Assembly (NCBI RefSeq): GCF_043950625.1
Contig: NZ_CP171007.1
Source of the DNA: Alkanindiges sp. WGS2144
Lineage (GTDB): Bacteria > Pseudomonadota > Gammaproteobacteria > Pseudomonadales > Moraxellaceae
Reading direction: 5' to 3' (one strand)
Length of the DNA: 32,000 nt
Shown here: piece by piece, positions 1 through 8,343 of the stretch
Layout: each line of letters starts with the position of its first letter
Numbering within the stretch: position 1 is the first letter of the stretch
The notes under the pieces: model-generated
Database searches by the model: none
Told to the model about the DNA's origin: nothing
The model's input: only the letters and a program-made list of their open reading frames with translations
Program-made: the position numbers and the translations under genes

Positions 1-2
1 CA

Positions 3-1727
3 GTGGCTGAAGCCATTACCAACATCAGTGCTACCAGCATCCGGCAGTTGAGCGATATCAAATTATCCGCGAACTGGATGGCAGCCGCCGGGCAACCGGG
101 CGAGGATCAGGCGTTATTTGAAGCCGTTAAAACTGTAGGCATGGAAATTTGCCCAACACTGGGTATTGCTATACCAGTAGGCAAGGATTCCTTATCAATG
201 CGTACTACCTGGCAGGATGAGCATAGCGGTGAGGACAAAGCAGTTACTTCGCCCATGTCAGCCATTATTTCTGCCTTTGCCCCGGTGCAGGATGTACGTA
301 AAACCCTGACTCCTGAGCTTAAGCGTGATGAAGATACCGTACTGGTACGTCTGGATTTATCGCGTGGCAAGTTTCGTCTGGGTGCTTCCATTTTGGCGCA
401 GGTGTATCAAGGTTTGGGTGAAACTACGGCGGATCTTGATTCTACCGATGACCTTAAAGCTTTCTTTGCCTTAATTCAGGACTGGAACCAGCGTGGCTTG
501 CTACTGGCTTATCATGATATTGGTGACGGTGGCTTGCTGGCAAGTGTGAGTGAAATGATGTTTGCTTCACGCTTAGGCGCTGATTTGCAACTCAGTGGCA
601 CGGATACACTGGCTGAACTATTTGCTGAAGAAGTTGGTGCAGTGGTTCAGTTAACTGCCACCAGCTGGGCACAGCTGCAACAGGAGCTACAAGGGCACCT
701 GTTACAGGATGCTATCTACCAGATCGGTACAGTGAATAATAGCGATCTGCTGAGTGTAGCGGGTCTGTCTTTGTCCCGTGTGGAAATGCAACAAGCCTGG
801 GCATCAGTAAGTTATCAAATCCAGCGTCTGCGTGATAATTCCGAAGGCGCTGATCAGGAGTTTAGCCTGATTGGTGAGACAAGCTTCCAGGGTTTGATTG
901 CCAGGCCAACCTTCGATTTAAATGAACCGATTGAAGCACCATTTATCAATGTGCGTAAGCCCAAAATGGCTATCCTGCGTGAACAGGGCGTCAATGGTCA
1001 GCTGGAAATGGCAGCTGGTTTTGAGAAAGCCGGTTTTTGTAGTGTGGATGTTCATATGAGTGACTTGCTGGCCGGGCATGTGGACTTGAATGACTTTGAA
1101 GGACTTGTAGCCTGCGGTGGCTTTAGTTATGGTGACGTGTTAGGTGCTGGGGGTGGCTGGGCCAAGTCTATCCTGTTTAATACCCGTTTGCGTGACCAGT
1201 TTGAACGCTTCTTCCAGCGTGATGAAACCTTTAGCTTAGGGATTTGCAATGGCTGTCAGATGATGTCGCAGCTCAAGGAGCTGATTCCTGGTGCTGAAAA
1301 CTGGCCGCGCTTTTACCCCAATACCAGCGAACGTTTTGAAGCGCGGACAGTAAACGTACGTGTGGAGCAGTCCCGCTCGGTACTCCTGGAAGATATGGCG
1401 GGTTCTATTTTACCGATTGCGGTTGCGCATGGTGAAGGACGTGTGGTTGCCAGTAGCGACGTACTAGCCAGTCTATCTACGCAGCAACAAATCAGCTTGC
1501 GCTATGTGGATAGTCAGGGCAATCCAACCCAGCATTATCCGCTTAATCCGAATGGTTCACCCGAAGGCATTACGGGCGTAACCAGTCTGGATGGCCGCGC
1601 TACTATTCTTATGCCGCATCCGGAGCGTACGTTCCGTGCAGTGCAGCATTCATGGAAGCCAGAAGACTGGACTGAGGATGGCGCATGGCTGCGTTTGTTC
1701 CGAAATGCAAGACGATTTATCGGTTAA
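3..1727 (+). CDS. purL: Phosphoribosylformylglycinamidine synthase (single-chain PurL), C-terminal part; the 5' end lies outside the window
   Basis: The frame is open from the window edge (574 aa). It has a C-terminal glutamine amidotransferase domain (LGICNGCQMM nucleophile context, MPHPER near the end) preceded by an AIR-synthase-like region. A terminator hairpin follows. Confidence 0.95.
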   Translation: MAEAITNISATSIRQLSDIKLSANWMAAAGQPGEDQALFEAVKTVGMEICPTLGIAIPVGKDSLSMRTTWQDEHSGEDKAVTSPMSAIISAFAPVQDVRKTLTPELKRDEDTVLVRLDLSRGKFRLGASILAQVYQGLGETTADLDSTDDLKAFFALIQDWNQRGLLLAYHDIGDGGLLASVSEMMFASRLGADLQLSGTDTLAELFAEEVGAVVQLTATSWAQLQQELQGHLLQDAIYQIGTVNNSDLLSVAGLSLSRVEMQQAWASVSYQIQRLRDNSEGADQEFSLIGETSFQGLIARPTFDLNEPIEAPFINVRKPKMAILREQGVNGQLEMAAGFEKAGFCSVDVHMSDLLAGHVDLNDFEGLVACGGFSYGDVLGAGGGWAKSILFNTRLRDQFERFFQRDETFSLGICNGCQMMSQLKELIPGAENWPRFYPNTSERFEARTVNVRVEQSRSVLLEDMAGSILPIAVAHGEGRVVASSDVLASLSTQQQISLRYVDSQGNPTQHYPLNPNGSPEGITGVTSLDGRATILMPHPERTFRAVQHSWKPEDWTEDGAWLRLFRNARRFIG

Positions 1728-1748
1728 AGCTAAGCCATTGTTAATAAA

Positions 1749-1776
1749 GACCGCATCAATCTGGTGCGGTTTTTTA
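1749..1776 (+). terminator. Rho-independent terminator of purL
   Basis: Stem ACCGCA (1750-1755) / TGCGGT (1765-1770) is followed by TTTTT (1771-1775), about 20 nt after the purL stop. Confidence 0.75.
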
Positions 1777-1947
1777 TTGTGCACTTAACCCTAAAGTAAT
1801 GGACGGGCTGAGGTTTTAAGGCTATCTTTAGTTCGCATAATAATTGCAGATTGTGCATAACAATAATGCAGTCTAATCACTGCGGGTATGATGGCTTAAT
1901 GGCGCAAGCTAGTAGTCATTTAAAAGATAGATGCTAAGGAATAAGCA

Positions 1948-2259
1948 ATGTATAAGTTTGTTTTTTTTGTGCCGGATACTCATGTGCAAGAAGTAAAAGA
2001 GGCAGTATTTAATGCTGGTGCCGGAAAAGTGGGTGATTATGAGTGTTGTGCCTGGCAGGTACTGGGTCAGGGTCAGTTTCGGCCTTTAAAAGGAGCTAAT
2101 CCCCATATTGGTGAGATTGGAGAGCTGGAGCTGGTGCCAGAGTGGCGGGTTGAAGTCGTGCTTCCCAGAGAAAAGCTGGCCAGGGTGCTGCAGGTTTTTA
2201 AAGAAGCCCATCCTTACGAAAATCCGGCCTTTGATGTAGTACAGCTGGTGAGCTGGTAA
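1948..2259 (+). CDS. Small YqfO/NIF3-C-terminal-like protein (PII-like fold family), function unknown
   Basis: 103-aa ORF with an ATG preceded by AAGGAA. The sequence (FVPDTHVQEVKEAVFNAGAG...HPYENPAFDV) resembles stand-alone NIF3/YqfO-type small proteins as I remember them. Confidence 0.6.
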   Translation: MYKFVFFVPDTHVQEVKEAVFNAGAGKVGDYECCAWQVLGQGQFRPLKGANPHIGEIGELELVPEWRVEVVLPREKLARVLQVFKEAHPYENPAFDVVQLVSW

Positions 2260-2307
2260 ACAAAGCAGTAAAATACCTCCTAAGTATCTAGCCATTTAAG
2301 GATTGCT

Positions 2308-2859
2308 GTGTTTGATTATCTGGTATTTATTGGTCGTTTCCAGCCTTTTCATCTGGCCCATCTGGCAGTAATACAAGAAGCGTTCAAGCACAGTAAACGG
2401 CTAATAATTCTGCTAGGTTCGGCTCAGCCGGAACGTAGTTTAAAAAACGTATTTAGTCTTGAGGAACGCCAGCACATGATCCGGGCAGCGCTTAGCCCGG
2501 AACAGCAGGAGCGTACTGACTTTGCCGGTCTGATTGATGTGTTCAATGACGAAAAATGGACTGCCATGGTTAAAATGGCTGTGCAGGATATTGTAAAGGA
2601 GACATCACAGAAAATAGGCTTGATTGGGCATTTTAAAGACCAGAGTTCTTATTATTTATCTTTATTTCCAGAGTGGCCCCTGGTTGAGCTGGATAATTAT
2701 TTTCATCTTTCTGCCACACCGATCCGCGAGCAGTATTTGTTGGGTCATTTACCTGACTTAACACAGGTACCTGCCTCGACGTTAAGCTTTCTAACCAGTT
2801 TCATGCAAACAACTACTTATCAAAATCTACAACAGCAGGCGCGTGCAGTCCTGCCTTAA
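2308..2859 (+). CDS. nadM: NadM-type nicotinamide-nucleotide adenylyltransferase, single domain
   Basis: GTG start after AAGGA. It carries the nucleotidyltransferase signature GRFQPFHLAH and a second SATPIR motif. At 183 aa it has no Nudix extension. Confidence 0.8.
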   Translation: MFDYLVFIGRFQPFHLAHLAVIQEAFKHSKRLIILLGSAQPERSLKNVFSLEERQHMIRAALSPEQQERTDFAGLIDVFNDEKWTAMVKMAVQDIVKETSQKIGLIGHFKDQSSYYLSLFPEWPLVELDNYFHLSATPIREQYLLGHLPDLTQVPASTLSFLTSFMQTTTYQNLQQQARAVLP

Positions 2860-2883
2860 GGGATATATATTTAATGTTGATAG

Positions 2884-2921
2884 AAAAAAGCAGGCACCTG
2901 AAGCAAAACAGACGGCCTGCT
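2884..2921 (-). terminator. Rho-independent terminator of bcp (also closes nadM from the other side)
   Basis: Stem AGCAGGC (2889-2895) / GCCTGCT (2915-2921). On the minus strand the hairpin is followed by TTTTTT (complement of the A-run at 2884-2889). Confidence 0.65.
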
Positions 2922-2953
2922 ATTAAAGCATTTATTGAATTTTAAAATAAAAA

Positions 2954-3427
2954 TTACAGGCTTTGGTCTTTAACAAATTGCAATACTGCTTTGGCGTGCC
3001 CGGCAGCTCTCACCTTGCGCCAGCTTTTGACCAGCTGACCCTGTGGATTAAACAAAAAGCTGCTGCGTTCAATTCCCTGTACCTGCTTACCGTACATATT
3101 CTTGGTTTTAATCACATCGAACTGACGACAGAGCACTTCTTCAGGGTCGCTGATTAATGGAAAAGGTATATTCTCTTTTTCAATAAACTTGGCATGTCTT
3201 GCTAGTGTATCGCGTGAAGCGCCATAGATTTTAACACCAAACTGCTCAAATTCTGGTTGTAAATCCCGAAAGTCCTGAGCCTGGGTGGTACAGCCAGCAG
3301 TTAAATCCCGGGGATAAAAGTAGAGCAGGTTATAGTGACTGGTTAAATCAGCCAGATTTAATTCACCGTGGGAGCTACTGACTGTTAAATCAGGAAGCTG
3401 TTGCACAATTTCTGCGTTTGTTGTCAT
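2954..3427 (-). CDS. bcp: Thiol peroxidase / peroxiredoxin Bcp
   Basis: 157 aa with the peroxidatic-Cys context YFYPRDLTAGCTTQA. It is colinear with Bcp-type 1-Cys/atypical 2-Cys peroxiredoxins. Confidence 0.9.
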   Translation of the reverse strand: MTTNAEIVQQLPDLTVSSSHGELNLADLTSHYNLLYFYPRDLTAGCTTQAQDFRDLQPEFEQFGVKIYGASRDTLARHAKFIEKENIPFPLISDPEEVLCRQFDVIKTKNMYGKQVQGIERSSFLFNPQGQLVKSWRKVRAAGHAKAVLQFVKDQSL

Positions 3428-3506
3428 GGCAAGAATCTCTTAGTAAAAAGCCCAAGCTAAAACACTGATAATGCTTTGGCCTTAAAATGTTTAAAAATTC
3501 AGGCAT

Positions 3507-3534
3507 ATAAAAACCCGCTAACAATAACGGGTTC
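3507..3534 (-). terminator. Rho-independent terminator ending the queE-X-queC-Y operon
   Basis: The minus strand reads GAACCCG-N10-CGGGTTTTTAT, with stem 3512-3517/3528-3533. It sits 16 nt after the stop at 3550. Confidence 0.75.
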
Positions 3535-3549
3535 TATGACCAAGAAGTT

Positions 3550-3912
3550 TTATTTTTTGGCCGGGCTTTGCTGTGGCAGTTGTGGTGGATTCATTTTAAT
3601 CCCGGCGCGACATTTGTCCAGATCACCCTGAATACGCTTTAGAGCAGGCAGGTTATTCGGATTCTGCCCCTTCATAGCGGTGCTTTGAATTTCCCAGAAT
3701 TCACCTAACTTTAGCTGGTTAGCCTGAACATTAATGGTGCAACTACACACCTTTTTTGCACTGGCAGCGTCGGTCATTTTAAGTTGTACTGCTTCATCCG
3801 CGCAGCGTTCAATCATGGCAGATTTAATATCAGTAGGTGCAGCAACTGCCAGTGTAGTAGAGGCCATGGCCGTAGCGAACAAGGCTAAACGTAAAGTCGA
3901 AAAATTCTTCAT
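3550..3912 (-). CDS. Hypothetical secreted/periplasmic small protein with four cysteines
   Basis: The ORF has a signal-peptide-like N-terminus, MKNFSTLRLALFATAMASTTLAVAAP. The start could also be the ATG at 3924 (MTYIMKNF...). The longer track ORF to 4098 overlaps queC and is rejected. I recognise no family. Confidence 0.6.
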   Translation of the reverse strand: MKNFSTLRLALFATAMASTTLAVAAPTDIKSAMIERCADEAVQLKMTDAASAKKVCSCTINVQANQLKLGEFWEIQSTAMKGQNPNNLPALKRIQGDLDKCRAGIKMNPPQLPQQSPAKK

Positions 3913-3928
3913 AATATATGTCATGTTC

Positions 3929-4663
3929 CTAATCTTGATGAGTGGTAGCCTGATATACGGTAGGGTCAACCACGCCTGCATCCATAAACCCCTGATGGCG
4001 TAAACGGCAACTATCACAGCGACCACAGGCCCGTCCCTGTTGATCGGCCTGATAACAGGAGATAGTCTGTGAATAGTCCACTCCATGCGCCAGGCCAAGA
4101 CGTATGATATCTGCTTTTGACAACAGTAATAATGGAGTTTCTATAGTAATTGGGTTACCTTCAATTCCTGCTTTGGTGGCAAGCGTGGCCATTTTGGCAA
4201 ATGCATCTATATATTCCGGGCGGCAATCCGGATAACCAGAATAATCCACGGCATTTACCCCGATCACAATAGCAGAAGCATTTTTAACTTCTGCCGCAGC
4301 AAGGGCATAAGACAAAAAAATCGTATTCCGAGCAGGCACATAGGTAACCGGAATATTACTTGGCTGGATATCAATAGTATCCTCCGGCACAGCAATAGAA
4401 TCATCGGTGAGTGCCGAACCACCAAGCTGGCGCAGGTCAATATCAATAATCCGGTGCTCTACCCCAGTGCGCTTTGCCAGGTCTTTTGCAGCTTCCAGTT
4501 CAATAGAGTGACGCTGTCCATAAGAAAAACTTAAAGCAAAGCATTCATAACGTGCCTGCGCCCAGGCCAGACAAGTGGTTGAATCCAGACCACCAGAGAG
4601 TAAAACAATGGCACGTGGCTTATCAGTAGTATGAGCAGAAGCATTGGTTTTTTGCGTGGACAT
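3929..4663 (-). CDS. queC: 7-cyano-7-deazaguanine (preQ0) synthase
   Basis: PP-loop [10 protein letters not shown] and a C-terminal zinc Cys cluster CYQ...[10 protein letters not shown]; 244 aa. Confidence 0.95.
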   Translation of the reverse strand: MSTQKTNASAHTTDKPRAIVLLSGGLDSTTCLAWAQARYECFALSFSYGQRHSIELEAAKDLAKRTGVEHRIIDIDLRQLGGSALTDDSIAVPEDTIDIQPSNIPVTYVPARNTIFLSYALAAAEVKNASAIVIGVNAVDYSGYPDCRPEYIDAFAKMATLATKAGIEGNPITIETPLLLLSKADIIRLGLAHGVDYSQTISCYQADQQGRACGRCDSCRLRHQGFMDAGVVDPTVYQATTHQD

Positions 4664-4667
4664 GTAT

Positions 4668-4973
4668 TCACCCTATAACAAGTAATAATATTGCATTAAT
4701 AAGCAATAAGATTAAAGCAAGCCAAACTGGCATCAGTAAGTTGATAAGGCCAACCAGCACTGCATAATTTAAGCGGCGGTAACCCAGCCAGATAAAACAC
4801 AGCAAGTTGGCAAAGCCCCCGATAATTAACCCGGCTGGTAAAATCATCAGCAACACCAGTGAACCTGATTGCCCGATACTAGGCTCATCATGGGTTAATA
4901 TTCGCCAGAACCAGCCACCTGCAATCAACTGCACACTGCTTAATAGCAGCAAAAAAGCACGCGTTTGGCTCAT
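4668..4973 (-). CDS. Hypothetical three-TM membrane mini-protein inside the que operon
   Basis: The 101-aa ORF exactly fills the queE-queC gap (TAA-ATG abutting upstream, 4 nt to the queC ATG downstream). It has three long hydrophobic segments. Confidence 0.7.
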   Translation of the reverse strand: MSQTRAFLLLLSSVQLIAGGWFWRILTHDEPSIGQSGSLVLLMILPAGLIIGGFANLLCFIWLGYRRLNYAVLVGLINLLMPVWLALILLLINAILLLVIG

Positions 4974-5675
4974 TTAACGTCCCATTTCATCATTCCACAG
5001 CAGTTTATGCAGCTGTAACTGGAAGCGTACCGGTAAGCGATCTGCCACAATCCAGTCGGCAAGAGAGCGGGCGAAAGCAGGAAGTGCAGCTTTGGTTTTG
5101 TCAATGGCGAATGCAGGTGAAAACCATACTGTGTCCACTCGCTTTTCAAGCTGGTATTGCTGTAACTGTTGTCTGGCCCAGTCATAGTCTGCACGGTCAC
5201 AGATCACAAACTTGATCTGGTCATGTGGGGTCAAGTAGTTCAGGTTGTCCATCAGATTACGCTGAACTTCACCCGAGGATGGCGTTTTTAAATCCATCAC
5301 TTTGGATACACGCACATCAACAGCTTGTACTGACAAGGCACCACTGGTCTCCAGAGATACCTTAAAACCTGCATCACATAGTTGTGTAAGTAAAGGGATG
5401 CAATTAGGCTGTGCCAGGGGTTCACCACCGGTTACACACACATGCGCAACGCCAAAACTTTTTACTTGCTCGATAATGTCGGGCAACGCCAAGCGTTCCC
5501 CGCCTTCAAAAGAGTAAGTAGTGTCGCAGTAGGTACAGCGCAGGGGGCATCCAGTTAGGCGTACAAATACACTCGGCCAGCCCGACGCATTGGCCTCACC
5601 TTGTAAGGAGTAAAAAATTTCAGTCAGGCGTAAACCCGCAGCCGGGTCAGTGACAGGAATTTGTGCAGAACGCAT
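4974..5675 (-). CDS. queE: 7-carboxy-7-deazaguanine synthase (radical SAM)
   Basis: Radical-SAM cluster motif CPLRCTYCD preceded by FYSLQGEA; 233 aa. Confidence 0.93.
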   Translation of the reverse strand: MRSAQIPVTDPAAGLRLTEIFYSLQGEANASGWPSVFVRLTGCPLRCTYCDTTYSFEGGERLALPDIIEQVKSFGVAHVCVTGGEPLAQPNCIPLLTQLCDAGFKVSLETSGALSVQAVDVRVSKVMDLKTPSSGEVQRNLMDNLNYLTPHDQIKFVICDRADYDWARQQLQQYQLEKRVDTVWFSPAFAIDKTKAALPAFARSLADWIVADRLPVRFQLQLHKLLWNDEMGR

Positions 5676-5730
5676 AAGTACTTATTTAAACCCTGATCAT
5701 TCAGATGGACAGTCAAGCTGAAAGACTAAC

Positions 5731-5764
5731 GCCTTGCAAGCTGCTTATTATAGCAGTGCAAGGC
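5731..5764 (-). terminator. Hairpin downstream of dapD, probable terminator
   Basis: GCCTTGCA..GCTGC-loop-GCAG.TGCAAGGC forms about 12 bp with a 2-nt bulge, 41 nt after the dapD stop. The trailing U-tract is weak. Confidence 0.45.
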
Positions 5765-5804
5765 TTAATATAGGCTAAAGATTGGCGTTAATGGTCAATA
5801 GTGA

Positions 5805-6626
5805 CTAATCAACACGCAGCAGTTCGTTTAAGCTTACCTTACTACGGGTTTTTGCATCGACTTTTTTGACAATAATGGCAGCATATAAACTGTATGTACC
5901 ATCTTTGGAAGGCAAGTTACCGGGTACGACGACCGAACCAGCAGGTACACGACCATAATGAGTTTCGCCAGTTTCACGGTCATAAATACGGGTGGACTGG
6001 CCAATATAGACGCCCATGGAAATCACTGCACCTTCTTCAATAATCACGCCTTCGACAATTTCAGAACGTGCGCCAATAAAGCAGTTGTCTTCAATAATCG
6101 TTGGGTTGGCCTGTAGAGGCTCAAGCACGCCCCCAATACCTACACCACCGGATAAATGAACGTTCTTACCAATTTGTGCACAGCTACCTACAGTCGCCCA
6201 GGTATCAACCATAGCGCCTTCGTCTACATAAGCACCAATATTTACATAAGAAGGCATGAGTACTACATTGCGGGCAATAAAACTGCCTTTACGGGCGACT
6301 GCCGGAGGTACCACTCGTACACCTGCATCTTTAAACTGTTGCTCAGTCCAGCCATTAAACTTGGTGGGCACTTTGTCGTAAAAGCGCAGATCGCACGACT
6401 CTACAGGCACATTGTCATTTAAGCGGAACGATAGCAATACTGCTTTTTTTAGCCATTGGTTAACCTGCCAGTTGCCATCCAGTTTTTCTGCCACACGCAG
6501 GCTGCCATTATCCAGGCCAGCCAGCGCTTCTTCTACTGTCTGGCGCACATCGTTGGGCGCATTGGCTGGGGAAAACTGTAGGCGATCTTCAAAGGCTTGT
6601 TCAATCAGCTGGGCAAGTTGGCTCAT
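5805..6626 (-). CDS. dapD: 2,3,4,5-tetrahydropyridine-2,6-dicarboxylate N-succinyltransferase
   Basis: 273 aa and colinear with E. coli DapD as remembered ([50 protein letters not shown]). Confidence 0.95.
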   Translation of the reverse strand: MSQLAQLIEQAFEDRLQFSPANAPNDVRQTVEEALAGLDNGSLRVAEKLDGNWQVNQWLKKAVLLSFRLNDNVPVESCDLRFYDKVPTKFNGWTEQQFKDAGVRVVPPAVARKGSFIARNVVLMPSYVNIGAYVDEGAMVDTWATVGSCAQIGKNVHLSGGVGIGGVLEPLQANPTIIEDNCFIGARSEIVEGVIIEEGAVISMGVYIGQSTRIYDRETGETHYGRVPAGSVVVPGNLPSKDGTYSLYAAIIVKKVDAKTRSKVSLNELLRVD

Positions 6627-6716
6627 TTAAATGTTCATATCGTGAAGTAAAAATTGAGTCTAATTATACATGAAATGCAGGGGCACCAAAAATCGATGGG
6701 ATATTTTGTAGAAAAA

Positions 6717-7034
6717 CTATAGCCCCAAATGGAATAAAAACATCCATGAAAACCAGAGCAAGCAAGGCAATAACACTATAAGTGCAATGATATTGAGCCA
6801 GTTAAAATTCTTCTTGGCTAGCTTGTGGCCATACAATGCCAGTAACAGATAAATGAGTCCCGCTAGGCTTGTGCCCAGCAGGAAAACCATAAAGGTGAGG
6901 TTGGTTGAATTGCTGTAAAAATCTGGTTCATGCCATTGCTTGCTCAAATTTATGAAACTTGTAAAGCTGAGTAAGGCCATAAACATAGCAAGCAGCAAAT
7001 AGGCCAGAGCTGCAAAAAATTGCTTAAGCGTCAA
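6717..7034 (-). CDS. Hypothetical three-TM membrane mini-protein overlapping the lipA 3' end
   Basis: 105-aa ORF whose only full-length start is a TTG at 7034, 11 nt inside lipA. It has three clear hydrophobic segments and no convincing SD. It fills an otherwise ORF-free gap between lipA and dapD. Confidence 0.5.
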   Translation of the reverse strand: MTLKQFFAALAYLLLAMFMALLSFTSFINLSKQWHEPDFYSNSTNLTFMVFLLGTSLAGLIYLLLALYGHKLAKKNFNWLNIIALIVLLPCLLWFSWMFLFHLGL

Positions 7035-8025
7035 CTGCTTTTACGCTGCGTCTTACCGGTGGGCAAGGTTCACCATAATATTGACGGTCTGCAAAATAGC
7101 TGGAGCGTACCATTGGAGCAGACCAGATATTTTTAAAACCTAAGCGACGGCCATGTTCAGCGTAGCGCTCAAATTCTTCCGGGGTGACAAAGCGTGCCAC
7201 GGGTGCATGGTTTTTGGAAGGCTGCAAATATTGACCAATCGTTACATAGTCCACATTGTGTTTTTTTAAATCATTAAGTAGCTCAATCACTTCTTCTTCA
7301 GTTTCGCCAAGACCTACCATCAGGCCGCATTTGGTCGGAATGTCCGGGCAAACTTGCTTGAATTTCTTAAGTAGATTCAGGGAGTGCTGATAATCTGAAC
7401 CGGGACGCATGGCACGATACAGGCGCGGCACAGTTTCAATGTTGTGATTAAATACATCGGGTGGGCATTCGCTCATGATCCGCAGGGCAATATCCATACG
7501 GCCACGAAAATCCGGCACCAGAATTTCCAGCAAGGTGTTGGGGCTGATTTTTCGGGTTTCCAGAATACAATCAACAAAATGCTGGGCACCACCATCGCGC
7601 AGGTCATCACGATCCACCGAGGTAATTACTGCATATTTCAGGCCAAGCCCGGCAATGGTTTCGGCCATGTGGCGCGGTTCATCTACATCTAGTGGATTTG
7701 GCCGGCCATGGGCAACATCACAAAACGGGCAGCGGCGGGTGCAAATATCACCCATAATCATAAAGGTTGCTGTGCCGCCGCCAAAACATTCTGGCAGGTT
7801 AGGGCAGGCAGCTTCTTCACAGACAGTATGCAGGCGTTGGGCGCGTAAGGTGTCCTTGATGCGCTGCACTTCATCAGGCGCAGTCATTTTGACCCGAATC
7901 CAGTCCGGTTTACGCGGAATCTCAATGGTTGGAATTACTTTAACTGGAATACGTGCCACTTTTTCTGCACCACGCAGTTTTTCTCCCTGGATGGCGCGTT
8001 GAGCTGGAGTATTCACTGAAGACAT
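7024..8025 (-). CDS. lipA: Lipoyl synthase (radical SAM)
   Basis: Both cluster motifs are present: [12 protein letters not shown] and CTRRCPFC. 333 aa, with SD AAGGAA upstream. Confidence 0.95.
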   Translation of the reverse strand: MSSVNTPAQRAIQGEKLRGAEKVARIPVKVIPTIEIPRKPDWIRVKMTAPDEVQRIKDTLRAQRLHTVCEEAACPNLPECFGGGTATFMIMGDICTRRCPFCDVAHGRPNPLDVDEPRHMAETIAGLGLKYAVITSVDRDDLRDGGAQHFVDCILETRKISPNTLLEILVPDFRGRMDIALRIMSECPPDVFNHNIETVPRLYRAMRPGSDYQHSLNLLKKFKQVCPDIPTKCGLMVGLGETEEEVIELLNDLKKHNVDYVTIGQYLQPSKNHAPVARFVTPEEFERYAEHGRRLGFKNIWSAPMVRSSYFADRQYYGEPCPPVRRSVKAVDA

Positions 8026-8343
8026 AACAGGTATTCCTTAAACAGGGGCACGCTTGCGCTGCGTTTGGTTTTACAATGGTGCACATGTTTTACATGAAGT
8101 TTTTTGTAGGTCTAGTATACGCTACAAATAGGGTATACACGAAGGCTTGGGCATGGGTGATATCGTAACGAACATGTATTGTATTTGCAGTAATATTGCA
8201 GACTTACTGGTGCCGGATCGACTAAAGTTGTAGTTTAAAATCAATTTATTGCTTACCACTCTTTCCGGGCTTGGCGTACCCTACAATAGGCAGTCTGAAT
8301 TGTATTTAAAATTATTTATCGCTTGAGGGCAGGAGACCAATCT

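Noticed and set aside
1591-1788. A 65-aa ORF overlapping the purL 3' end and running through its terminator.
   Set aside because: It is out of frame within purL, spans the terminator hairpin, and has no SD or recognisable motif.
3913-4098. N-terminal extensions of track ORFs. These are 3550-4098 into queC, 12640-15003, 15069-18029, 27903-28982, 8323-8343, 23174-23188, 9862-10983 and 21237-21248.
   Set aside because: Most extended starts are TTG codons without an SD, or they overlap the neighbouring gene. In each case an internal ATG with a good SD gives the expected signal peptide or the family-typical N-terminus.
3929-5675. queC/queE as part of a 7-deazaguanine DNA-modification (dpd-like) or other defence cluster.
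   Set aside because: There is no DpdA/Tgt-like transglycosylase, helicase, nuclease or other dpd-type gene nearby. The neighbours are housekeeping genes (bcp, dapD, lipA), so ordinary tRNA-queuosine biosynthesis is the simpler reading.
5676-5730. A preQ1 riboswitch upstream of the queE operon.
   Set aside because: The minus-strand leader shows neither the small preQ1 hairpin nor the A-rich tail consensus I know. Only an ordinary AT-rich leader is present.
5788-5796. The 9-mer AATGGTCAA is shared between the dapD downstream region and the right outer arm of the tmk-downstream element (31900-31908).
   Set aside because: One chance recurrence of a 9-mer on either strand in 32 kb is not unlikely, and the flanking bases do not extend the match.
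7475-8002. Long antisense ORFs inside well-supported genes. Examples are 7475-8002 opposite lipA, 13864-14268 and 14513-14815 opposite maeB, 20526-20939 opposite metF, 21681-22016 opposite ahcY, 18215-18553 opposite rsmE and 28468-28773 opposite sbp.
   Set aside because: Each lies entirely within a gene whose product has clear family motifs on the other strand. Their translations are low-complexity (Arg/Ser/Pro-rich), lack SD sequences and have no recognisable motifs. This is typical shadow-ORF behaviour.
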